Position numbers and translations under genes: made by a program. The notes beneath the pieces are model-generated. The model saw only the letters and a list, made by a program, of their open reading frames with translations. It ran no database searches and had not been told where the DNA came from. Below are positions 38,021 through 47,923 of a stretch of 64,000 nt of DNA, one piece after another. Position 1 is the stretch's first letter. Each line of letters starts with the position of its first letter. This DNA is from an uncultured Verrucomicrobiota bacterium. Lineage in GTDB: Bacteria > Verrucomicrobiota > Verrucomicrobiia > Limisphaerales > AAA164-E04. The stretch is taken from positions 18,450 through 82,449 of the forward strand of contig CACEMW010000002.1 of NCBI GenBank assembly GCA_902560705.1. Reading direction: 5' to 3'.

Positions 38021-41000
38021 ATGGCTCGCTCTTCCTTGTTCTTACGATGCTCAGCGTGTGCGCTACTCCTGACCTTTGGCACTTCAGCACAAGAAACCCA
38101 GGACACGAGTGAATCGTCCATCTGGGATGTAAATCATCCTGGAGGCCCCACGTTTGACCAGATCATCGATACACGGGAAGGCACTTGGATGAATGTGGAT
38201 GTAAGCCCGGATGGAAAATCGATCGCTTTTGACCTCCTTGGAGATCTTTACATGATGCCCATTGAAGGAGCTTCAACCGAAGCCAAGCCGAACCCTGTGA
38301 TTCAACTCACCTCCGGCATGGCATGGGACATGCAACCACGTTTCAGCCCGGATGGAAAATCGATCGCATTTACCAGTGATCGCACAGGAGATCAGAAAAA
38401 AGGTGGGGACAATATCTGGACCCTGAACCTTTATACAGGTGACCTCACCCAGATCACTCAGGAATCCTTTCGCCTGCTCAACAATCCAGCATGGTCTCCA
38501 GACGGTGACTATCTGGTCGCGCGCAAACACTTCACGAGCCGACGATCACTCGGGACCGGTGAGATATGGATGTATCACAAGTCGGGTGTCAAAGGGGGTG
38601 CTACTTCAGGTGTTGCGCTCACTCGGAAAACAAATGAGCAAAAAGATCTCAACGAGCCAGTTTTCTCGCCGGATGGTCGCTACCTTTACTTTTCAGAAGA
38701 TGCCAGTCCGGGAAACACCTTCGAGTATGACAAGGATTCCAACGGGCAAATCTATGTCATCCATCGCCTCGATTTGGAAAAAGGGGAGAGGGAGACATTG
38801 ATTCAGGGGCCTGGGGGAGCCTGCCGCCCCACACCCTCACCCGATGGTCAAACCCTCGCCTTCATCCGCCGCTTGGACGGACGCTCGGCTCTGCATCTCT
38901 ATGACCTGAATTCCGGCGCCATTTCCATTCTGGACCGTGAAATGGAACGAGACATGCAAGAGACCTGGGCCATTCATGGAGTCTACCCTACCATGGCCTG
39001 GACACCCGAGAGTCGATCCCTGGTTTATTGGGCACGCGGCAAGCTGTGGCGATGGCAGGTAAACAGCTCTGAAAAGGAGCTCATCCCATTCCACATCAAA
39101 GGCACTCGCGAAATGATGCATCCAGTAAGACGAAAGGTTGAAGTGGCACCAGAGACCTTCCCCATAAAAATGCTGCGGTGGGCGCAACGCTCGCCCGATG
39201 GCCATAGCATTGTCTTTCAGGCTCTGGGGTACCTCTACATCAAGGCACTTCCATCTGGAGAGCCTCAAAGGTTAACCACTCAAACGCACGATTTTGAATT
39301 TTATCCAAGGTTTTCTCCGGATGGCTCGCAACTAGTCTACACAACCTGGAATGATGCTTCTCTTGGAACGGTTCGCATCCTTGCGCTGGATGAGGGTCCC
39401 AATGAAGAGGGGCGTCTTCTCTCAACGGTCCCTGGACACTACATTGCCCCGGTCATTTCTCCCGATGGCACCAAAGTGGTCTTCGAACGCATTGGAGGAG
39501 GCTGGCTCACAAGCCCTCTGTGGTCCAGAGATCAAGGCATCTTCCTGGTGCCTGCCGACGGAAGCGAGGCACCTCAAAGGGTGACTCGCAGTGGACACCG
39601 ACCACAGTTTGGAAAAGATTCAGATCGGGTATTTTTGCAAAGAACGCGCACTGAGCCCGAGGCAGACCATCGGGAGCTTTTTTCTGTCGATCTGGAAGGC
39701 GACGACGAACGATTGCATGTCACCAGTGACTGGGCCACCGAATACTCCATCTCGGGCAATGGCCACTGGCTGGCCTTTATAGAGCGATTTCATGTTTACG
39801 TGCTTCCGCTGGTTTCAACAGGGGATGTGCTGCATTTGAGCCCTGATCAAAAAGCTTTACCCATGCTGCGAGCCACCGAAGAGGCAGGTCAATGGATTCA
39901 CTTTGGAAGCAAAAGCGACACACTTCACTGGACTCTGGGCGACCGCTTTTATTCCCTTCCAATTTCCATGGAGGCACTTTCTGACACAAAGGACAGAGCA
40001 AGACCACAAGCATCCGCTACCCATATTGATATGGAGAGCCCCCATGACCAACCTACGGGCAGGATTGCGCTACGCAATGCAAGGGTTCTCTCCATGACCT
40101 CCCATTTGGTTCAGGAACATCAAACCATCTTGATCGAAGGGAACCGCATCTTCGCCATGGGTGAGACCGATTCGCTAGAAATTCCCGAGGAGACTCACAC
40201 CATGGATTTGGAGGGTCGTATGGTCATGCCTGGATTGATTGATACGCATGCACATGGACAGCAGGCACATCAGGGAATCACCCCACAGCAAAACTGGGTG
40301 GATTATGCCAGATTGGCATTTGGAGTCACTACTGTCCATGACCCTTCGAATGAAACCGAGTCCATCTTCGCAGCCAGTGAATTGACCAAAGCCGGCGGAA
40401 TCATAGCCCCGAGAACCTTCTCCACGGGACGCATCCTCTATGGTGCCGCAGGTCACTACAAAGCCGAAATCGAGTCCCTGGAAGATGCCTCATTTCATCT
40501 TCGGCGTATGGCGGCGGTTGGGGCATTCAGCGTCAAGAGTTACAATCAACCTCGCCGAGATCAGCGGCAACAAATCATCCGTGCCGCCAGAGATCTGAAC
40601 ATGCTGGTCATGCCAGAGGGAGGCGCCACTTTGATGCACAATCTAACCATGATCGTTGATGGGCATACGGGTATTGAACACACCGTGCCCACCGAGATGA
40701 TCTATGGGGACGTACTGGATTTGTGGCGTCAGGTATCGGTGGGATATACCCCGACCCTAAGTGTCGCTTATGGGGGGCTTGGGGGTGAAAACTATTGGTA
40801 TGAGATGGATGATCTATGGCGTCATGAACGCATCATGTCTTTCATCCCTCCTCAAAAAGTCATTCCACGCGCTCGTCGCCGAAGCAAGGCTCCCATAGAA
40901 GATTACAACCATATTCGGCAGGCAAGGATCACAAAAAAACTCATTGATCAAGGAGGTCTGGTTCAGGCTGGAGGTCATGGCCAACTCAATGGCATATGCA

Positions 41001-41356
41001 CGCATTGGGAATTGTGGAGTTTTGTCCAAGGCGGTATGACGCCGATGGAGGCTCTACGATCAGGCACGCTTCATGGCGCGCTCTATCTCGGAATGGAGCA
41101 GGACCTCGGCACCCTCGAGCCGAGCAAACTGGCCGACTTGATTGTCTTTGAACAAGGCGCCAACCCAACCTTGGACATCAGGGATTCCGAGCGCATCGAG
41201 TATGTCATGGCTAATGGGCGCATTTTCGATGCCAAAACGATGCACCAGCTGGGGAATCATCCCGCCAAAAGGGCAGGTTTTTACTGGGAAACGAATCCGC
41301 TGGGAGCAAGGGTCCTGATGGCTGACCCCGCAGGATGTGCAGGCTGCCGGCACTGA
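38021..41356 (+). CDS. Secreted amidohydrolase with N-terminal PD40/WD40-like beta-propeller repeats (probable start ATG 38021)
   Basis: Repeated (F/W)SPDG motifs; PGLIDTHAH, VKSYNQPRR, GIEH, GGHGQ, KLADLIV. Confidence 0.9.
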   Translation: MARSSLFLRCSACALLLTFGTSAQETQDTSESSIWDVNHPGGPTFDQIIDTREGTWMNVDVSPDGKSIAFDLLGDLYMMPIEGASTEAKPNPVIQLTSGMAWDMQPRFSPDGKSIAFTSDRTGDQKKGGDNIWTLNLYTGDLTQITQESFRLLNNPAWSPDGDYLVARKHFTSRRSLGTGEIWMYHKSGVKGGATSGVALTRKTNEQKDLNEPVFSPDGRYLYFSEDASPGNTFEYDKDSNGQIYVIHRLDLEKGERETLIQGPGGACRPTPSPDGQTLAFIRRLDGRSALHLYDLNSGAISILDREMERDMQETWAIHGVYPTMAWTPESRSLVYWARGKLWRWQVNSSEKELIPFHIKGTREMMHPVRRKVEVAPETFPIKMLRWAQRSPDGHSIVFQALGYLYIKALPSGEPQRLTTQTHDFEFYPRFSPDGSQLVYTTWNDASLGTVRILALDEGPNEEGRLLSTVPGHYIAPVISPDGTKVVFERIGGGWLTSPLWSRDQGIFLVPADGSEAPQRVTRSGHRPQFGKDSDRVFLQRTRTEPEADHRELFSVDLEGDDERLHVTSDWATEYSISGNGHWLAFIERFHVYVLPLVSTGDVLHLSPDQKALPMLRATEEAGQWIHFGSKSDTLHWTLGDRFYSLPISMEALSDTKDRARPQASATHIDMESPHDQPTGRIALRNARVLSMTSHLVQEHQTILIEGNRIFAMGETDSLEIPEETHTMDLEGRMVMPGLIDTHAHGQQAHQGITPQQNWVDYARLAFGVTTVHDPSNETESIFAASELTKAGGIIAPRTFSTGRILYGAAGHYKAEIESLEDASFHLRRMAAVGAFSVKSYNQPRRDQRQQIIRAARDLNMLVMPEGGATLMHNLTMIVDGHTGIEHTVPTEMIYGDVLDLWRQVSVGYTPTLSVAYGGLGGENYWYEMDDLWRHERIMSFIPPQKVIPRARRRSKAPIEDYNHIRQARITKKLIDQGGLVQAGGHGQLNGICTHWELWSFVQGGMTPMEALRSGTLHGALYLGMEQDLGTLEPSKLADLIVFEQGANPTLDIRDSERIEYVMANGRIFDAKTMHQLGNHPAKRAGFYWETNPLGARVLMADPAGCAGCRH

Positions 41357-41405
41357 TAATGTGCCCGAAGATCTGAATAGGCACCCCCCTGAGAAAAAAA
41401 GCCAT

Positions 41406-41870
41406 CTAGCCAGATGACGCAACGGATGCTGCTTGAGAGGTCAAGCCATCCACAAATCCGGCACCATACATGTCGAAAATGAGTCTAATCTGATCCCTCA
41501 CCCGACGAAATACTGAGATGATTTCTTCATTCGATCCTGCGGCCTTGGCTGGATCCTGAAAAGGCCAGTGGTATCGGGCCGGGTTTCCCGGAAAGGTTGG
41601 ACAGGCTTGGTCTGCATCATCACAAACCGTGATCACTACGGATACCTCTTGATTCAGATAAATATCCATGTGCTCGGAAGTATGGCTTGAAATGTCGATT
41701 CCAATTTCACGCATGACGTCAATAGCCATTGAATGAACATAACCTGATGGATCAGAACCCGCACTGGATACCCGGGCGGAGGCACCCAAAGCATTCTGAA
41801 GAATGCCTTGAGCCATATGGCTTCTGCAGGAATTACCGGTACAAAGAATCAGGATATGGGGAAGACTCAT
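41406..41870 (-). CDS. arsC: Thioredoxin-type arsenate reductase / LMW-PTP family
   Basis: P-loop CTGNSCRS, redox pair VCDDADQACP, DPA. Confidence 0.85.
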   Translation of the reverse strand: MSLPHILILCTGNSCRSHMAQGILQNALGASARVSSAGSDPSGYVHSMAIDVMREIGIDISSHTSEHMDIYLNQEVSVVITVCDDADQACPTFPGNPARYHWPFQDPAKAAGSNEEIISVFRRVRDQIRLIFDMYGAGFVDGLTSQAASVASSG

Positions 41871-41909
41871 GAAGATGGGCGTGACACCATGAAGGACTCT
41901 TTCACACGA

Positions 41910-43010
41910 TCAGGTTTCTGAATCCCCTGACGCGTCGGCTGGGGCGTCCTCTGATTCGGATGACTCGGGATTGCGCTTGCGCATGATGTCTTGAATGATT
42001 TTTTCGGTAAGTTCGGGATTCTCAGCCAATGCAGCTCGAGCAGCTTCTTTGCCCTGACCAACAAGCTCACCGTCGTATTGGATCCAAGCACCTCGTTTCT
42101 GAACAACTCCATAGGATTGAGCCACATCGAGTACACTGCTTTCCCGATTGATCCCTTGGTTGTAAATAATATCAAATTCAGCTTCCGCAAAAGGAGGTGC
42201 CACCTTGTTTTTGACGATCTTCACCTTGACATGGTTTCCTACAGCAGCGCCGGAGGCGTCCTTCAGTGTTTCCTTTCTACGGATGTCGATACGCACACTG
42301 GCGTAAAATTTGAGTGCCTTACCACCCGGGGTCGTTTCCGGGCTGCCAAACATGACACCGACTTTTTCACGCAATTGATTGGTAAATAGACAGGTCGTTT
42401 TGGCTTTATTGAGAATCGAGGTGAGCTTTCGCAAGGCTTGACTCATCAATCGTGCCTGCATGCCCATGGTTGCCATCCCCATATCTCCTTCAAGTTCGGC
42501 CTTGGGAACCAATGCGGCTACTGAATCCACCACGATGACATCCAAGGCGCCTGAGCGGGCAAGGGTTTCACAGATGGTCAGGGCCTCTTCCCCGCTGTCA
42601 GGTTGTGAAACGAGCAGATCATCCAGATTCACCCCAAGACGACGGGCGTACCCGGGATCCAGAGCATGCTCGGCATCAATGAAAGCAGCGGTCCCCCCTG
42701 CCTTCTGGGCATTGGCAAGCACATGCAACATGACAGTCGTTTTACCCGAAGATTCTGGCCCATAAATCTCAATGATCCGCCCTTTGGGTAGTCCCCCCAC
42801 ACCCAAGGCAAGATCCATAGACAATGCCCCTGTTGGAATCACATCGATTTTGGTTTGCGAAGGCGCATTACCCAGACGCATGATGCTACCCTCACCGAAG
42901 GTTTTGGTGATGGACGCAATCGCAGAATCGAGGTTGCGTTCCTTTTCCTCTGATCCGGCGTTTGGCGAAGGCGGAGAAGGTTTACTTTTTGAGCTGGCTT
43001 TGGGTGGCAT
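41910..43010 (-). CDS. recA: Recombinase RecA
   Basis: [36 protein letters not shown]. Confidence 0.99.
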   Translation of the reverse strand: MPPKASSKSKPSPPSPNAGSEEKERNLDSAIASITKTFGEGSIMRLGNAPSQTKIDVIPTGALSMDLALGVGGLPKGRIIEIYGPESSGKTTVMLHVLANAQKAGGTAAFIDAEHALDPGYARRLGVNLDDLLVSQPDSGEEALTICETLARSGALDVIVVDSVAALVPKAELEGDMGMATMGMQARLMSQALRKLTSILNKAKTTCLFTNQLREKVGVMFGSPETTPGGKALKFYASVRIDIRRKETLKDASGAAVGNHVKVKIVKNKVAPPFAEAEFDIIYNQGINRESSVLDVAQSYGVVQKRGAWIQYDGELVGQGKEAARAALAENPELTEKIIQDIMRKRNPESSESEDAPADASGDSET

Positions 43011-43038
43011 ACCTAATCTAGTTGAGATCGTTTTTGAG

Positions 43039-43067
43039 ATTCTTCCCGTGAAAAATGTTCAAGTCAA
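43039..43067 (-). promoter_or_regulatory. Putative sigma70 promoter of recA
   Basis: Minus strand TTGACT-17 nt-AAGAAT about 30 nt upstream of the ATG. Confidence 0.5.
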
Positions 43068-43099
43068 TGCGTCTTGCTTCAAAATGTCATTTGAAGCGC

Positions 43100-43816
43100 T
43101 CACACGGATATTTCATCCTGAAAGATTGATGTGGTTTCAAGATTGGATTGGAGAGCACGATTTCTTTTCAAAATTGAAAAAAGAACCAGAAGAGCGATGG
43201 TCGCATGGATTCCTAAGGGCTCGGGCACGGCTGATACGGTGCCTTCCAGTCGCAAATCATCGATACGCCAAGTGCCTTGTGAAGATTCAGACAAATATCC
43301 ATAAAGACGGAAGGTAATGGCTTCATCCAACCTTGCAAAGGTATCAGACGGTAATGACAACGTCTGATGACGGGTCAAATCGTTGTCAGGAATCGTATGT
43401 ACGTCACCAATATTAAGGGTGAAATCATCCAGAATAAATCGCCAAAGCCATTCCCTAACACCACAGGAAGAGCGTCTTTCATTCCATTGAATTTAGTCAA
43501 TGGTCAGCTCAAAACTAGGAAGGGCTGCAAGGGTAAAACTGAAATAATCTTCCAAATCCACGCCCGAACGACTCCACTGGCGGGCGCTGAATGTTGCTGA
43601 GCCAAGGGAAGACTGAACACCTGGCCCTCTAGTCATATCGCTGGCCCAGAGAGCCTCATCGGATGCATCTACACCGTAGACGGCTTCATTCCCCAAAGCT
43701 CTGTAAAATGAGTAGGAGGCAATGACGGCCGCGGCCAGAGGGATTTCACGCAACAACAAGCATGAAGAAAAAATCCAGTTGTAATATAGGTAACGTAACA
43801 TGGCTTTTTCCGTCAC
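43100..43816 (-). pseudogene. PEP-CTERM protein interrupted by an in-frame TAA (43493-43495)
   Basis: ORFs 43493-43816 and 43100-43378 are in the same frame; the linker reads IQWNERRSS...IPDND without another stop; C-terminal AVPEP, TM, KRNR. Confidence 0.85.
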
Positions 43817-44002
43817 AAGTCTTGTGGATCCCTTTCCATCTGGGCGCTTTGAGCTTGGAACGAAAAAACAAAACGCTGTGACCTCAGGATCTTCCCACAG
43901 GAATCAAAATGGAGGTTTGCTTGGTTGCATTGTTATTCGCCATCTCTGGTGGGATTTCGACTTACCAATACATTTTTATCGCCAGTTGTTGGATAAAAAT
44001 CC

Positions 44003-44513
44003 AATGTCGGAAGCGATGAATGTTTTTTCGCCGAAAGCCCTTCGCGATCTTTGGAACTACTGTTTTGGGGTGATTCCCATGTGGTATCTCTGCTCCTGTG
44101 CTTCGGTTGCTTTGGATCAATCCAAACCCCATCAGCTGACAAAACATTTCACAGAGTGGCCAAAAGCATCGGTGGAAAAGCTTTTCGGAACGTTTATGGA
44201 ATCCAAATCGTTTCAGAGCTCCAAGACGTTCGATAGGAAAATTCGGTATGACCGTGAGGGAAGCAACTGGGATCACTTCCGCTATGGGTCATTTCTCGAA
44301 CCTACGGCATGGATTCGAGTCACCAGTCGGGTGAGCAGTGATTCTAAAAACAATATCTCGACTCTTCATATCGAGATATCTGTGGTGACAGAAAGGATCA
44401 GTAGTCTGGAAGAGGAACACCCTCCAAGACCTCAACATATTGAAGCCGTGGAGTCCTTGCTGCGAGAATTTGAGGCTTTCATGCTAAGGCCGGCATCCGG
44501 TGAAAGCCTCTGA
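44003..44513 (+). CDS. Hypothetical protein, possible lipoprotein (start uncertain)
   Basis: Open frame filling the gap; lipobox-like LCSC. Confidence 0.5.
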
Positions 44514-44574
44514 AGATTCTTCGGAAAGCGGATTTCAAAAGATCTCCACTTTTTGCGAAAGGGTTGCTGGAAAG

Positions 44575-44982
44575 TCAGAACTCGGAGAGGAGTCGGTAAA
44601 TAAGCCATACCTCGCTGATGAAAGCACTGATGATCAGCAAACACACCACCCCTTCCATCAACCTCCCTTTTTTGAGTTGGGGTGCAGCAAGTTCCAGACG
44701 CCAACTAATGGGTCCCATGGTCACGATATCGCCGGGAACAAGATTGCCATGGTGACAAACCGCTTTGCCATTCAACCATATTTCCGATTGATCTGAACAA
44801 GAAAAACGGATCTTCCCACTTTCGGTTTGCTCCAAGGCAATGTGTCGCTCCCACACACCTGGCAGATCAAGCTGTAAATCTGCACTATCCCCGCGACCTA
44901 TGACAAAAGGCCAATATGAAACCTTTGTGTTGGGAGCCATTTCCCCGGAAGTGTTACTTTCATGGGGAACAATGAGGTACAC
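44575..44982 (-). CDS. FHA-like domain protein with C-terminal TM helix
   Basis: PFVIGRG, GVWERH, WLNG, LVPGDIVTMG; hydrophobic C-terminus. Confidence 0.8.
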   Translation of the reverse strand: MYLIVPHESNTSGEMAPNTKVSYWPFVIGRGDSADLQLDLPGVWERHIALEQTESGKIRFSCSDQSEIWLNGKAVCHHGNLVPGDIVTMGPISWRLELAAPQLKKGRLMEGVVCLLIISAFISEVWLIYRLLSEF

Positions 44983-44985
44983 AAC

Positions 44986-45630
44986 TCAATAAAGACGCTT
45001 GGGCACGTCAATGATGTCGCGTGGGTAGACCTCCGGGTCGAAGCGCGCGTCGCGCCTTGCCTTCTCGTAGTCAAAGAAGAACTTCGTACCATTACGAGTG
45101 ATGCCTATTTTGCGCTTTTTTGCAAAATCCGTAAGACCTCCAGCCTGTGAGATGGCTTCCACAGCTGTGGTCTCTCCAATGTAAGCATATCTTCCGGGCG
45201 CCATGACCTCACCATTGAGAGTGAAGAGGCGATCTTCGGTAATGACAGTTACGGAAATGGTGGTGAAGATATGAGGCACATAGGATTCATATAATTTCTG
45301 TTGCAGCTGAGGTGGGGTGAGACCAACTGCCTGAACGGCATTCTTCAGGTAAGGTGGATGGAGCGTTCCATCCTCTCGGATGCGCTCCTCATGAGTAGGT
45401 GGAGGACTAGGAATACCCGCGAACCTTATCGTCACCTTTTCACCTACAGAGAGTTCAGTTCCCACATTTGCCTCGGACCCAGGAAACACTGGAGGGCTTT
45501 GGTTCGTGTTAGTAGTAACACAACCGCTACCCCAAAAACTCAAAATGCACAAACTCAGAGCGCCGATCCAATGGGCGATTGAGCCACCTGCCGCATACAA
45601 TTTAAACTTTCCTTTCAAGGCTTTACCCAT
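44986..45630 (-). CDS. Short polysaccharide export (OPX/Wza-like) lipoprotein, Poly_export + SLBB
   Basis: Lipobox GSGC; IREDG...GLT, GEVMAPG, EAISQAGG, DIIDVP. Confidence 0.88.
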   Translation of the reverse strand: MGKALKGKFKLYAAGGSIAHWIGALSLCILSFWGSGCVTTNTNQSPPVFPGSEANVGTELSVGEKVTIRFAGIPSPPPTHEERIREDGTLHPPYLKNAVQAVGLTPPQLQQKLYESYVPHIFTTISVTVITEDRLFTLNGEVMAPGRYAYIGETTAVEAISQAGGLTDFAKKRKIGITRNGTKFFFDYEKARRDARFDPEVYPRDIIDVPKRLY

Positions 45631-45634
45631 CTCT

Positions 45635-47818
45635 TTAAAATTTATTTTTCAATTCTACATCTCCACGAGAAGGAGCTTTCGTGGATTTGGTCTTCGGCTG
45701 AGCTGACGAACCACCTTCAGAATCGTCCTGCTTCGAATAGTAATCGTAGTAATAACCACTGTAGTAATAGTAGTAAGAATCCTGAGAAATATTGATGTTG
45801 TTCAGCACCACCCCGAGAAGATTTCCCCCTACTTTTTCGACCATCTGCTTAGCCCTTATGGTCATGGCTTGTGGATATTTACGATATTGAATCACCAGAA
45901 CGGCCATATCCACCTCACTCGCAAGAATGGAGGCATCACTGACACCCATGATAGGAGGAGAGTCAAAAAAGACGTAATCGTAACGCATTTTAACATCCTG
46001 AATGAAATCCTTCATTTGCTGGGAATTGAGGATCCCCATCGAACTGCTGGGCAATTTTCCACTTGGGAGAAAATGCAGGTTATCCAGCTTGGTTGTCTGG
46101 ATCACCTCTTCAACGCTCTTTTGACCCAACAGAAAGTCCGTCAACCCTACGGCATTGGAGACGCCTACAAGCTTATGAAGACTCGGACGGCGCAGATCGG
46201 AGTCAATAATCAAAACCCGAGAGTCATTTTGAGCAAAAATGGTTGCAAGGTTAAAGATGGTGGTTGATTTGCCTTCACCCGCTCCACCACTGACCACTGT
46301 CAGTGAGTTGAATTTTGGATCCTTGCGCGAGAAGAGAATGTTGGTTCTTAAAACGCGATAGGCCTCAGCGTGGGGACTGTCAGGGCCTTCAAGCAATAAA
46401 GATTGAACGTTTTGCGGAATCACACCCAGGACTGGTGCCCCAAGCGCTTGCTCGACATCGTCGATGGTCTTCACACTGGTGTCCAAATATTCGATAAAGA
46501 AGGCCAATCCTACTCCGGCTATAAGTCCGACCAGAACTCCGAGTGCGATGTTCAAAACCTTCTTTGGGCGCACAGGTTCATCATTCGGTTCAGCTGGATC
46601 ATATATCTCAACGATGGACTCGGTTGGAAGCGAAGCATCCACCGTTTCCTGAAGGATGCGTATCATGATCATATCGCTGATCTTGGACAAATTCTCAAGA
46701 TCCCTCTTGGCAGTAAAATATGGGCGATATTTGGCAGTTTTGAGGGCATCGTTGGCCTTGGCGTTTTCTACAGCAGCCGTCAACTCATTCAGCTCATTCT
46801 GAGCAGCATTGACCTGACTTTGCAGGCCCCGGAGGACGCCTGTGATTTCGCTGGTGACTTGGTTTTCGATCTCATCCAGAAGCGTGACGATGGATTTTCG
46901 CTCTGGATGTTCAGGGCCATGAATGGCACTGAGTCGGGCCAAAGCCTGTCGTGAGGTATCGTATTCATTGAGCAGATGAGTCAACCTCAGGTTACCTGGC
47001 ATAGCCGTCAGAATGGTATTTTTGAGCTGTTCAAGGGTCATGGCCTCGAGCTCATTGAAAAGAGTCTGAAATCGAATGAGTTTGGCTTCCGCCACGGTTC
47101 TCTCTTGCTCAAGACGAAGTACGATTTGTGGTTCAGTGGTCATTCCAATGGAACTACCCTCCGCACTGTAAATGTCGGAAATATTGAGCTCTTCTCGAAG
47201 TTGATCCAGATCGGCTTGCTTGAGGCGTACTTTGTCGTTCTGATCCGCATACTGTTGTTTGAGAGCGTCGATGCCGGCACTTGCCATCGATTGCAAATTC
47301 ACCTCGCGAACCGATTTATATTGTTCAGCAATCTCCTGCGCAATGAGTGCAGCTTCCTCTTTATCCTGAGAATAGGCGGTAATTTCGATCAAACTCGTAT
47401 TGCGATACTGATCGACTTCAATCGACTTTTTCAGAACATTGAATGCCTCGTTCAAAGTCAATGGCTGCTTTAGGTTGTAACGTTTCATCCACCGGTTGCG
47501 AAGTTCCAATGCTTCGATGACCGGATGAAGGACCACTTTGGATTGAATTTTTTCAAATTCTGTCAACACCCAATAAGGATCATGCTGTTGAGACATCTGC
47601 ATGCCAATGAGGGGCGTGATGTCCGCAGTATCCTTTTCAATCGCAATACGCACCGAGCTGGAGTAAGTAGGTTTAAGTATGTAGGTCACTAATGCGGTCG
47701 TTAAAACGACCAGGAGGAATACGGCCAGGATGACTGTTTTGCGAATACGGATGATTCGCCAATAATCAAGGAAATGCAGTTTGGAATCAGATTGCTGCGG
47801 GACGGGTTTAGACTGCAT
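45635..47818 (-). CDS. wzc: Wzc/GumC-like polysaccharide co-polymerase with BY-kinase domain
   Basis: Two TMs, coiled coils, PVRPKK, Walker A GEGKS, DSDLRRP, DSPP, Tyr cluster YYYYYSGYYYDYY. Confidence 0.93.
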   Translation of the reverse strand: MQSKPVPQQSDSKLHFLDYWRIIRIRKTVILAVFLLVVLTTALVTYILKPTYSSSVRIAIEKDTADITPLIGMQMSQQHDPYWVLTEFEKIQSKVVLHPVIEALELRNRWMKRYNLKQPLTLNEAFNVLKKSIEVDQYRNTSLIEITAYSQDKEEAALIAQEIAEQYKSVREVNLQSMASAGIDALKQQYADQNDKVRLKQADLDQLREELNISDIYSAEGSSIGMTTEPQIVLRLEQERTVAEAKLIRFQTLFNELEAMTLEQLKNTILTAMPGNLRLTHLLNEYDTSRQALARLSAIHGPEHPERKSIVTLLDEIENQVTSEITGVLRGLQSQVNAAQNELNELTAAVENAKANDALKTAKYRPYFTAKRDLENLSKISDMIMIRILQETVDASLPTESIVEIYDPAEPNDEPVRPKKVLNIALGVLVGLIAGVGLAFFIEYLDTSVKTIDDVEQALGAPVLGVIPQNVQSLLLEGPDSPHAEAYRVLRTNILFSRKDPKFNSLTVVSGGAGEGKSTTIFNLATIFAQNDSRVLIIDSDLRRPSLHKLVGVSNAVGLTDFLLGQKSVEEVIQTTKLDNLHFLPSGKLPSSSMGILNSQQMKDFIQDVKMRYDYVFFDSPPIMGVSDASILASEVDMAVLVIQYRKYPQAMTIRAKQMVEKVGGNLLGVVLNNINISQDSYYYYYSGYYYDYYSKQDDSEGGSSAQPKTKSTKAPSRGDVELKNKF

Positions 47819-47850
47819 AGATATTAGACAACGAGAATTAAAAGATTACT

Positions 47851-47899
47851 CAAAAGATAAAACGGGGAGGCTAGAATGAAACGGTTTCCAGCCTCCCCG
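47851..47899 (-). terminator. Terminator-like hairpin between the beta-barrel gene and wzc
   Basis: CGGGGAGGCT...AGCCTCCCCG 10-bp stem followed by TTTTATCTTTT on the minus strand. Confidence 0.65.
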
Positions 47900-47923
47900 A
47901 TTCACATGAAAGAAGTGTCAAGC

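Noticed and set aside
43056-43069. Possible LexA box in the recA promoter (TGTTC-aagt-CAATG)
   Set aside because: Only one half matches the TGTTC-N4-GAACA motif reported for Verrucomicrobia; too weak to call
45740-45780. TAG/TAA-rich short-period repeat on the plus strand
   Set aside because: It is the coding sequence of the Wzc tyrosine cluster
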